A stretch of DNA of 64,000 nucleotides, taken from contig QPGO01000102.1 in NCBI GenBank assembly GCA_008632985.1, positions 1 to 64,000 on the forward strand. The letters are read 5' to 3'. The DNA is from Psammoneis japonica. Its lineage: Eukaryota. Both the position numbers and the translations under genes were made by a program. Shown here piece by piece: positions 13,444-24,100 of the stretch; within the stretch, counting starts at the first letter, position 1; every line of letters begins with the position of its first letter. The notes under the pieces were generated by a model. That model was not told where the DNA came from and did not search any database. It saw only the letters and a program-made list of their open reading frames with translations.

Positions 13444-13838
13444 GTCATCATCATCCCATCGTCTGTAAGTCATCATGTTTGGAGCGGTGCGACCTTCACA
13501 GACATTTCCGGCTATTTTTTTCCTGTCTGTGCACCGCATGACACTACATCGCATCAATTCTTCCTAGTAGGCCCTACTCTCGACTAGTCAGTGATATATT
13601 GCAAGAGCTGGTCACGCTTTCCGTTTAATCAAATCCAGTGGAGGTAGCAACCGGTGCGAAGTGTGCTTCCAAATGCAAGTGATATTCTATGACTTGTGTC
13701 TCAAACCTGCCACACAAACGTGTGGCACTGTATGCGATTCATCTGAAACAAGAAAACAAGTCAGTAGTATCGACCTGGTGGGAAACCATCATTCATCTAC
13801 TAGCCCCCTGAAGATTTTGTTCCGCCCGATCGTCACGA

Positions 13839-16800
13839 TCAGTAAGAGACTTGGCAAAGACAGTCTGCGCAAAGCACGATGCCTCGTTCGCGCAACCAAC
13901 GAGCAGATTTCAGATGGTAGAGCGCGGCGTGTCGTTCCACGCGAGCAGATTCAATTGATTGCGAACGCCAAAGACACAGTTGGCAGTGGCGCACCGCAAT
14001 GGTGGAACCGCTAGTGGTGACAGTTGGTGGCAGGAGGCGCAAAACTCGATCTCCGTCACTGTAAAGATGCTTCTCCGGCAGAGGGAAACCAAGTCGACCA
14101 ACTAGGAAATGATTGTTGAGAGCGATCCGGTAGTGGTCTAGGATCTCGCCAAAAATGGGTGTCCGTGCCACCGACGGAGAAGTCGGTACCGGCAGTTGAT
14201 GGCTCAGATTTAGTCTGCGAGCGTGAACAGTGGCAGTGAGCTTCTGGTCTATGTCCCTAAAACCGCCAATCATGTAGAGAGAGCCTTCAGCTACAAACGT
14301 CCTACCCATGGCGGTCACATCCGGGACGGCACCCAGTCTCTGCCATCGTAGACTGGCCCAATATGCGGGGTCGTCGGAAACCTCAGACAAATCTATGCAA
14401 ATACCGAGGCATACATTGCGCGTCTCGATGGAACCAGTAGAGAGGATCCAGTCATCTTGTCGACCTGTCCAAGACGCCGGGGCGAAACAAATGTTCGGAG
14501 ATGCCATGGGTACGGGTAGGACCGGCCCGTTCATCCAATTTGAGGTCGGGCGTTGGCCAGGCGATCCTCCCGAGATGCACCACTCTACCCACGGTTTAGC
14601 GTCCAGTACCCAGGAAAGACGACTCTGCGAATACCCACTCATTCCACCAAAGACGGCGATAAAACGCTCTCGCAATAGAATCGCGTCTCCTCCACGAAAA
14701 GCTGTTGGAAGTTTCGGTCCTTCTTGCCATGAACCATTCGAGACAAGCAACAACAAAGAATCTCGATCGTACTTTGATGGCATATCGGTGCTACCTCCGA
14801 AAACCAATACGCAACCACCTAATCCAACCATATGGTGCGACTTTCGGGGATGTGGAAGTGAAGGCCCCTCGATCCACCCACGCTGGGGATTGTGGATTGA
14901 AATCATCTCCACAGACGAAAGCTTATTTGGAGGCTGAGCGCCACCACTCACAATCAGAATGGGGCTTCCATCTTCATCACGAACCACACAGGATGCGTGG
15001 GAGCACCTCGGTTCGATCATACTGGGTATCGATCTCCATTCCAACCTATTCTGGTCCAACAGCGAAGCGACCCGTGCTTCAGATAAGCACGTGGCAAATA
15101 CCTTCAGATTAGGATCCTCCTCACCCGTGACACCTCCAGTTATAAAGACATGATCGTTAAGGATGTCGCAGCCAAAAAGTGCTAAGGAGGTTGGCAATTT
15201 GAAGGTCGTCCATGAGTCGAGGGAGTCGTCACCTCTAGCGAAGGTTACAAGAGCCGTGTGTTTCTCAATCTCATGTTGGCAAGGGTACCAGATATTGTTG
15301 CAGCTCTTGTCTCTCTGACAATAACTTAGGCGCAGGGGAATTGCCAAGACATCCTTCGGATGGAAAGAGAAAGATATTGCCTCCGGCCTTTCCTCCAGAT
15401 ATCGATGCGCCTTAAGACCGAACGTGAGTGGGTCTTTGTGAAGCAAGGAAACGTTCACGCAGGTCATCGAGTTTGCCATGTCGAGCAGCACCCATCGAGG
15501 CACATGTAGTACCACTGTGACCATCAGGCGCAGTGGTGTGTTGCTTTTGCGATCCGTTAGCATTTCTGTCGAAAGACGTCGGACCGCTTCTTCCACCATG
15601 GGTCGAAGGAAACGTAGAGCGCCAGCGTTGAGGTGCAACTTCCCGACCTGCCCCGGGCGATCGAATAGAAAGTTTCGGAGCGCCAGGAGACCAACGAAAG
15701 CCTGATCATCACCATTGGTACATTCTTGCTCGTACTGTGTTAGTAGTGTTTTTGTCAATTCGTAGAGATCGATCGTGACTCGTCGCTCGCAGAGTTCTTC
15801 GGCTGGAGCCAGTTTCCCAGGCAGAGGAAATCGAACACCGCAGACACGCAAGGCGTTTTCCAAAGCCTCCTGGGAATCGGGGTTAACGTTGCTGCCCGTG
15901 GAACCGACAGTGCAATTGTAGCACATATCAAAGTTGCAGGGTACGCAGCTAGTATGAACATGACCCACTCCGACTACCTTTCCATGGCGACATTGGGTCG
16001 AGTTGCAACCAAGAGGCAATGTCGCCACTTTTGGTACTAAACGATGCCCATTTGAGCAAAGGACAACTTCACGGCCATGTCTGCCGGTGATGTCATCCTT
16101 CTTTTGAAACTCAAGCTTTTCATAACAAGAGTCGATTCCTTCAAGAAACCTATCCGTCTGTTTTGCTTCGCACTTATCTTCCACATCAGCAACACTTTCA
16201 CCTTCCAGAGTGTGAGCATGTAGACCGCATTCAATGCCAACGTTCGAGACACAGGCATTTCTCTCGGCAGGAATATCCCTGACGTTGGCCCAGGCGGCCG
16301 CATCACGACAGGACGTGACGAAAATGGCTGCAAAGAGCTCACGCGCCGCTTGCTCCAGCGCCCTCTGTAGGGGCGGATCCTCCGGGGCGACAAGACGAGA
16401 GCGTCGAATCTCGTTACGCAGTCGAACAAGGTCTGGTGGTGGCGATGATAGAGGTACCTGGTTCGTGGCAGTGTTTCCATGCGGGTTAAGTAGATGGTCC
16501 TCCCACTGTCTCCGCAAGTTAGTAAACGCGACTCCCCGCGATCGCCGCAGCGCCTCTGAGGCGCGCTGTGACTGAGTTTCAAAACTACTTCCTAGGTTTA
16601 GCGCAGCCTGTACACGCTGAAGCAAACTTTCGGCCAAAATCGGACCAGAAGAAGGATTTGGTGTTGTCAATAGACCCTGGAGGTGACGCAACTTTGACGT
16701 GTGGTTTTGTCCAGGATTAGGTCCGTCCTCCTCCGCAAACCAATCCAGGGTGGCTCCATCTTGCAAGGCGACGCAATCAAGCGCAATGCTCCCATCGAAG

Positions 16801-17528
16801 TCTTGTAGTGATTTTTCCAATTGCTCCAGTGAACACCAAGCACGACTTTCATAACTATCGTTTGGCTTTCGAAGACACAGCAGCTCGCAGCGGCGCACCA
16901 GCCAGTCGAGATTGGACAGGGCCCAATTCATTTCCAGTTTCTCGGCAGGGGTGCGGGGAAGGGGAAACTTCTGAGGCAGGCAAGAGCAATCGTACCAGAG
17001 CCAAACGTGATCTAGAGGATTCTGTAGCATTTCGTGAAATGTTGCTCCATCTTTATCGTTGTCCTTACCAGCAACTCCCTGAGTCACTTTTTGCCGTCGT
17101 TGAAAGATCCTTGACACCAGCGAGGCAGCCTGCGGCATGCCCTCGGAAAGATCTTCTAGGCGGCGCGGCCATGAAAGAGTCTTCGCCGAAGACTCATCTT
17201 CTTCCTGCCCACTATCTCGCGGTGAAATCCCTCTTACCGCTTTCCGTAAAACAAGCTCCTCCACAAGCCTCATCAGGTGCTTTAGGGCTCGTAGCTGCAA
17301 TCCTTCGGTGTCGGGATCTCCTTCCTCGTCCCATCGGTGCGAGACAAACACATAAAGCAACGCATCATCGCCTCCGTTTTCTGACTCATTTTCTTGTGGG
17401 TCCAGAGGAGGCGGCCGTCGAATTCGCGGCTGGACCGACAGTGCCTGTCGCGACGTGAGCCTTTCCAGGGCCAAAATTTGGCGGCCGGAAAGAAAGGAAA
17501 AGGCTTGGGGGGCGTTGCAACCGCTCAT
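13839..17528 (-). CDS. 1229-aa protein: HET-like N-terminal domain + Cys/His zinc-binding module + Kelch repeats
   Basis: HET-like FVSHRW...WLWYDCSCLPQ...YESRAWCSLE. Zinc-binding CSNGH..C..C..CVPCNFDMCYNC. Kelch GG/W repeats (VFITGG, LIVSGG, VLVFGG, IAVFGG, LYMIGG). Single open frame. Confidence 0.8.
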   Translation of the reverse strand: MSGCNAPQAFSFLSGRQILALERLTSRQALSVQPRIRRPPPLDPQENESENGGDDALLYVFVSHRWDEEGDPDTEGLQLRALKHLMRLVEELVLRKAVRGISPRDSGQEEDESSAKTLSWPRRLEDLSEGMPQAASLVSRIFQRRQKVTQGVAGKDNDKDGATFHEMLQNPLDHVWLWYDCSCLPQKFPLPRTPAEKLEMNWALSNLDWLVRRCELLCLRKPNDSYESRAWCSLEQLEKSLQDFDGSIALDCVALQDGATLDWFAEEDGPNPGQNHTSKLRHLQGLLTTPNPSSGPILAESLLQRVQAALNLGSSFETQSQRASEALRRSRGVAFTNLRRQWEDHLLNPHGNTATNQVPLSSPPPDLVRLRNEIRRSRLVAPEDPPLQRALEQAARELFAAIFVTSCRDAAAWANVRDIPAERNACVSNVGIECGLHAHTLEGESVADVEDKCEAKQTDRFLEGIDSCYEKLEFQKKDDITGRHGREVVLCSNGHRLVPKVATLPLGCNSTQCRHGKVVGVGHVHTSCVPCNFDMCYNCTVGSTGSNVNPDSQEALENALRVCGVRFPLPGKLAPAEELCERRVTIDLYELTKTLLTQYEQECTNGDDQAFVGLLALRNFLFDRPGQVGKLHLNAGALRFLRPMVEEAVRRLSTEMLTDRKSNTPLRLMVTVVLHVPRWVLLDMANSMTCVNVSLLHKDPLTFGLKAHRYLEERPEAISFSFHPKDVLAIPLRLSYCQRDKSCNNIWYPCQHEIEKHTALVTFARGDDSLDSWTTFKLPTSLALFGCDILNDHVFITGGVTGEEDPNLKVFATCLSEARVASLLDQNRLEWRSIPSMIEPRCSHASCVVRDEDGSPILIVSGGAQPPNKLSSVEMISIHNPQRGWIEGPSLPHPRKSHHMVGLGGCVLVFGGSTDMPSKYDRDSLLLLVSNGSWQEGPKLPTAFRGGDAILLRERFIAVFGGMSGYSQSRLSWVLDAKPWVEWCISGGSPGQRPTSNWMNGPVLPVPMASPNICFAPASWTGRQDDWILSTGSIETRNVCLGICIDLSEVSDDPAYWASLRWQRLGAVPDVTAMGRTFVAEGSLYMIGGFRDIDQKLTATVHARRLNLSHQLPVPTSPSVARTPIFGEILDHYRIALNNHFLVGRLGFPLPEKHLYSDGDRVLRLLPPTVTTSGSTIAVRHCQLCLWRSQSIESARVERHAALYHLKSARWLRERGIVLCADCLCQVSY

Positions 17529-17769
17529 TTGTTCCTTCGTCCGCTCTCTATGTGCGTCTCCATCTTTTTTGTAGTGTTTTTAAAAGTCGTCCAGAGAATC
17601 CATTCACTCGAATGCCTTTTGCTTCTATTCTTGATCTTTGTCGCTTTATTTTATCGCGAATGGATCATGGATCTGATCTTTTCTTTTTTATGATGATGAT
17701 GCGGATGCAGGATGTTGAAACTTAAAAATTCATATTCGTAAATGAGTAAATGCTTATGATCCGGAGAGC

Positions 17770-19958
17770 TCAGAGGCTCTAACACACAGCCAGCATCAGT
17801 CGCACAGACAAGGATTCTTCGAGGCAATCAGAGGCAGCTGCGCAGGGGTTGTGTGGATGATTCCCTGTGAAAGATGAGGAGCTGAGCTTCAAGTGCACTC
17901 TGTGACAGATGGTGTGCAACAAAATGAATGTGAAAACAGATCATGAAGTGTGGCAGGGGCCAACAAGGAAGCAGCACACACAGAAGAGATTGTCAAAGAA
18001 AAGAGGCAAGGGCAGCAGCGAAGCAGATGCGAAAGAAGGCCACAGGCCAGCAGTGGCGTGACAGTGGAAAAGCTGAGCTGTTTTCTTCCACCCCCTCTCA
18101 TAACTGTCACCAGCTTCACACATGCTCTTGCTCAGCACCAGCACTTGGAACCAGCAGAGACTCTCTCTGTCACTCCTCCTGAGAGTCCTGGGGATGCACA
18201 GGGCAAGTGAGAGAGCCTGGAGACATTGTGTGGAAAAAGTTTGTGAACACTCACTGCTCTGCTGCACTGCAGGGGGCGTGGCATGCAAGAATGTGTCTGG
18301 TGAGCATGGCAGAGCAGCTTGTGCCAAGCTCAGAGGTGTTTGCCCTGTGTTCTTTTGCTGTGCCAGAGAGCTGTCATCTCAGGGCAGAGAAAACATTGCT
18401 GTGTTGGCGCATCAAAGGAAAAGGAGAAGCGAGAAGAGCCAGGAGCAATTGCACAACAGAAGCACCCAGCTGACAACAAGGGTGTTGGTCAATGGGTGGT
18501 GTCAGCAACCAAGATGTGCATGTCTCACGCAGCATGTCATGAGCCTTCGGAAGACTGTTTGTGCACTCAAACAGACTCTGGTTTTCAGACATGTTCCCAC
18601 TGCTCAACGGACACACCAAATCAGCAACTGCATTGGAAATTGTCCCAGACCTTTCTCCTGCTGCACTCCCAGTGTTGGTGAATGCTGCCCATGCTGGACA
18701 TTGGCAGATCAAATCCGGGGTGCTCCGGTCTCTCTGCCACCCGCTCCTTCAGTTCCCAATGATTTTTTTGCTGTGTTGAAATTTCTCCCTCTGGATGGGA
18801 GTCATTGCTGTTTGATGGCTTGACTTTGCACCTGTCTGTGTTTGAGATTGCACCAGTGGGCAGCAACAGATCGGTTCTGAATTTTTGGGGCACATTTGGT
18901 TGGACACTCCTCACAGTTGACAGGAGTCCATTGGTTGATTGTGCTGGACCATTGTTTGGTTTTCTCCTGCTGTCTTGTCACGCTGAAGCATGTGGACCTT
19001 TGTCCTTTCTCCATTTCCTGTTTCAGCTGATGGAATGTTGTTGCAAAAAGTTTGTGCCAAAGGTGTGGACCTGCATTGTGACAACTCATCGCCAGTTCGC
19101 AATGTCTCCAATTTTCAGGTGTCACCTTGTCCGGCAGATGATGAGGCCACATTCAAAGTGCCAGTGATCATTGCCAATGACATCACATTGCAAACACTCT
19201 CTCTGCTGACTGAGATCTTTTACACAAAATTTTTCACTCCATGCAACAAATCTGCAAAGCATCCAGTGATGATCAGTTTGGCACCAAGGTTGCTGTCCAC
19301 TGGGTGAAGGGTCACCAAGACGAAACATCACCCATCAAATCCTTGTCCCTGGCAGCCAAGTTGAATGTCCAAGCCAACAAACTGGCAGGACAATGCCAAA
19401 GCCATTGAATGCCCCACTGCAGGGCCAACCTGGTTGTTCAGGGAGCTGCAGTCTCATCCAAGTGCAAGTGTGCTGTCCAATGTGAAGCATCAAGTCCAGC
19501 CCTCATTGGCTGTGCATGAAAGAAAAGCATGGTTGGTCCATCCAATGAAGTGTGCAAATCTGTTGACTGGGAAGTGCGCGCCAAACTGATGCATTGAAGT
19601 GCCCATCAGAAAGTCAGCACCATCAAGCAAGCCAGTGCAGGACCTTCTTTTGACAAACAACATCGTCCATCAACACAACCCCACCTGCCCCAATTGTTGC
19701 GTGCACTGTCAAGATCCAATGGAAGACAGAGACCACATTCTCTGCTGCCCACACAACAAAGCTTGGCACCAAGTGGACCTTGTTCATCCTCATGGATGTT
19801 GGCAAGAGCTGGCAACAGATGGGCCAAAATGCATGAAGCTGTGCATGGAGGGCCAATGTCAGCAATGACTTTGCCCCAGTTTGACCTCTGTCAAAGCAGA
19901 TTTTTCAACAGCCACAGGCTGCACTGCATGGTCAACTGGGTGCTGATGTGACTGCTCT
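17770..19958. other. Hypermutated relic domain 2 (left flank of Copia-1)
   Basis: TA and most CG are lost abruptly after about 17780. Confidence 0.85.
19290..19800 (+). mobile_element. Degraded non-LTR retrotransposon fragment (RNase H end + C-terminal CCHC)
   Basis: HWVKGHQD...LAAKLNVQANKLAG (RNase H N..AD.LA motif) at 19298, followed by CVHCQDPMEDRDHILCCPH at about 19700. Confidence 0.65.
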
Positions 19959-20234
19959 TGACAGGATTTGAACAGGATTTGGATGCGCGCGAAGCATCGC
20001 GCGCTGTTTAGTTTACCGCGCACACCTTTGTGTGCTTTAGTTCCGCGCGTTCACGCGCGATGTAGTTTGCTTTCGAGCCACAAGGCTCACAAGAATAATA
20101 ACAGTAGCCCGATTGTACCGACTTACACGTCTTTCGGCTCCTGCAACGGTCTCTGAGCGGAGACTCATCTGCTATTTAGACAGCAGTAAGGAGTTATTGT
20201 TTGAATTCTTGCCATTTGCCTTCAATTTCTATCA
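19959..20234 (+). repeat. Copia-1 5' LTR (276 bp)
   Basis: Direct repeat of 26793-27069; ends TGACAG...CTATCA. Confidence 0.95.
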
Positions 20235-21173
20235 GATTAACAGTCTTGCTCATTGTCAACCCATTGAGCAACCGCCATCGTCGTCGTTGATTTACCAACG
20301 ACGCTATTTCAATTCTACGTGGACCTCCGTATATATTCTACATACATCGGCAAGTCTACGCGCATTCAATACCAGGGCATCGGCAGGAAGTTAACGTCAC
20401 CGTCAAGTCTCCTTACCGCTGGATATCTGGATTGATTATACTACCTTTGATCGCTGAAGACATACATTCAACGGTCACATCCAAGTCTATCCTTGATCCT
20501 CATCCCTTGATATACCTATTCATCGGTTAACGGTCAAGAACCCTACATATTCAAGGATCTTCGTCGCTGAAGACATGTGTATATATACATATCTTCACGG
20601 CCAAGAACCTGTACCCACTCTTCGGACTGCGGTTTTGCTGCCACTCTACAAGCACACCGAGTCCATTGTACCTGATCTACCCCGGACTACTGGTGCTCTA
20701 CAGTTCTACTAGGTCCACGAGGACGACTGTGAGAGCAAGCAGCCGTGATTGCAGCCTGCGTTGGGGCGAGGGTGCTTTCCCGCGTTTGTTCGTTCGTCCA
20801 CAGCGCCCAACGCCTGCGTCAACTGGCCAGCCTGATCGGGAAATCCAACCGACATAAAACAAGAAGGGTTCGGGGGTCTTGTCCACCTCCAGTCAGCTCA
20901 CCTGCAGGGGTTTGCAACCCGCCACTCCACTCGCAAGCAACCCAAAGCGCCGCCAGCTGCGGGTTCGGACGTGCCGGCACAACTCTACGGACCGGATGGG
21001 AGGTTCAGCACTTGACAACGAACGGGATGACAAAGCCCGGCAACTTCTGATTTTAAGACAGTTCAAGATTTCAAGTCAAGTCTGTTTCAAGTCAAGTCCA
21101 TTCTCACCCAAGTTTCGAGTCTGCCTTCACTTCCCAACCAGAATTGATTGTCCTGACACCACTTTTGTCTGCC

Positions 21174-24100
21174 ATGGTTCTCACTCGTCAGCAACAAACC
21201 GATGGTTTCGAGCACGTTGTTGGAACCGTGCTTGCCCAAGGTGCTGGGAGTCCTCTTCGTTTGGCTTTGGCCCAAGACGGCACGGACTCGCATCAGGAAC
21301 TGTTCACGTTCATGCCGTCCCAAATCGACTCGCTTGAGTGCGACAACGGCACCAATGCAATCCCTTTGCCCCGTGGTCATGAGAACATGTTGGCAGCACT
21401 GGTCAGCCTGCACATTGTCAAAGCACACAAAGGTCTTGACGTTGCCAACGACTCCTCTTTGTTCATGCATGACGAGTTCCTTGCCTGCCGCCTCAGCCCG
21501 GACTGCATGTCCTCTCTGTCCATCGGCAGCTCACCCCTTGCACCTCCACATGTCACCAACCCGACCAAGGCACGCGACCCGGTGCGAGACTTCAAGCGAG
21601 GCATCAAGCGTGATCCCACCGCTTTCACGGCTCTCAAATCCGACAAGCAGTGGCACACTTGGCACACCTCACTTGTGGCACAAGCCCGTGCCCAAGACGT
21701 CGAGTGCATTCTAGACTCGTCGTACAAACCGACCAGCCCCGAAGACAAACTGCTCTTTGCTGAACAGCAAAAGCACATGTTCGACGTCTTCGAACGCATC
21801 CTTCTCACCGACAAGGGCAAGGCTCTCATTCGCGAAAATGTGGGGTCTTCTGACGCACAGACCGTCTGCCGCTCCTTGTCTGAGCACGCGCTTGCCTCCA
21901 CCCGTGCATCTGTCGAGTCCTCCACCCTGCTCACGCACCTCACCACCGCACGTCTTGGTGATGGCACTTGGAAAGGTCCGACCCGCGGGTTCATCCTTCA
22001 TTGGCAAGATCAGTTGCACAAGTGTGAGGCACTCATCCCCGCCAGCGACCACTTCTCTGAAGGACAGAAGCGCGTCATGCTCGAGAATGCCGTGCACCCT
22101 GTCGAGGAACTCCGTGCTGTCAAGAACCAAGCTGATCAGCATTGTGCGCAGAGTGGCAAGAGCCTCACATGCGATCAATGCTGTGGCTTGCTCCTCTCCG
22201 CGGCAGCTCAGTGCGACAGCACGTTTCAACCCAAGACGACACCTCAAGCTCCCCGACGCGCCACATGCGCACACGACGTCTGCTCCGAGGAACCGTCCGA
22301 CGATGTGTTCTACGACATTGACAGCGACGTTGACGTCCTTCAAGCCAATGCTGCCTGCACCCGTGGTCCCAGCCTCGCCGGTGTCCAATGGAGACGTCTC
22401 CCTCCCGACCACCAACGGCTCTGGGATTCGCTGCCCGATTCCTCCAAGGCGATCATCCTTGAGCACTCTCGTCCGCCTCCCCGCAACCCGCGAGCCAGCA
22501 ACTGCCATGAGTCTGTTGCGGCCAACCTTCACGACCAACACCTTGGGAGTGACGGTGATGTCAACTTGTCCAACACGACTCCTGCTGACTGTGGTGACTC
22601 CGCCACACATGTGGACGCCACTTCGGACAATCCCATCCTGGCGCACCTCACCAAGCGCAAGCCACTGCCACCCGGTGATCTGCAACGTCTGTTGTCTCCC
22701 AACCAAGCCCCCAATGCCAGTCGACCGGGGCCATCCGCCGCTTCCTCTGTCCCGCCAGCTTCTGCAGATGACACAGAACTCAACGGCCGCACTTGCCACC
22801 GCGTTGACAACCACAATGTCATTTGCTCTGCCTCTGCTCATCGCTCCACACGCACTGGCGCTCTAGTCGATCGTGGAGCCAACGGCGGCATTGCTGGCGA
22901 CGACGTTCGCGTCATCGCACGCACCTCTCGCCAAGTCGACGTTCAGGGCATTGACGATCATCAATTGGCGGACATCCCCATTGTCACCGCTGGTGCCGTC
23001 ATTGAGACACAGCGTGGTCCCGTCATCGCCATCCTCCATCAGCGCGCATGCACGGGAAAGGGCAAGACCATCCATTCCTGCGGCCAGCTCGAATGGCACA
23101 AACAGGATGTCAACGATCGCTCTGTCAAGGTGCCCAACGGCTTGCAACGCATTGCCACTCCTGATGGCTGTGTCATCCCCATTGACATCAAGGCTGGCCT
23201 GCCTTGTGTTGCCATGCGACCTTACACTGACGCCGAATGGGACACCCTGCCCCATGTCATCCTCACCGGTGATGACACATGGGACCCTTCCGTCCTCGAT
23301 CACTCTGTCACTGACGATGACCAGTGGCACGACGCGATCTCTGACCCACAGGACGACCCCACTGCCAACCTGTTTGACGAACACGGCAACTGCCGTCACC
23401 GTGTCGTTGTCAACGAGACCATCTTGTCCGCTTCCTTGTCTGCCGATCACGCGTCCGCCCTCGATGATCACCTCATTCCGAACGACGACATGTTCTGCGA
23501 GTGTCATCTGCATGCGATTGACCCCAAGGGCGATGACGTTCCACCTCCGGAGCGCACTGTGCAGCCCAAGGACCCCCCCTTCGAGTCTCTTCGGCCTCAC
23601 TTTGGCTTCCCACCTGCCGATGCGGTCCGTCGCACTTTTGACTGCACCACGCAGTGCGCCCGCATGCCCGCCGGTACACACCTTCGCAAGGCCTGCAAAT
23701 CACCCAACCCCACCCTTAATGTGCACCGCCGCAACGAGCCTGTCGCCACTGACACCGTTTGTGCCGACACCCCAGCCGTCGACTCTGGTTGCACCAGCGC
23801 CCAACTGTTTGTTGGCACCGAGTCTACCGTCACTGACGTCTGCGGCACTGAGACGGACAAAGAGTTTGTCAACACACTCGAGGATCAGATCCGTGAACGT
23901 GGTGCCCCATCCAAACTCATTAGCGACCGTGCTCAAGTTGAGATCAGCAACAAAGTGCTCGGGATCCTACGCGCCCTCTTCATCTCCAGCTGGCAAAGTG
24001 AGCCTCACCAGCAACACCAAAACTTTGCCGAGCGTCGATGCCAGACCGTGGGAGCGCATGGCGAACACTGTCATGGACCGTTTTGGTTCGCCCGCCCACA

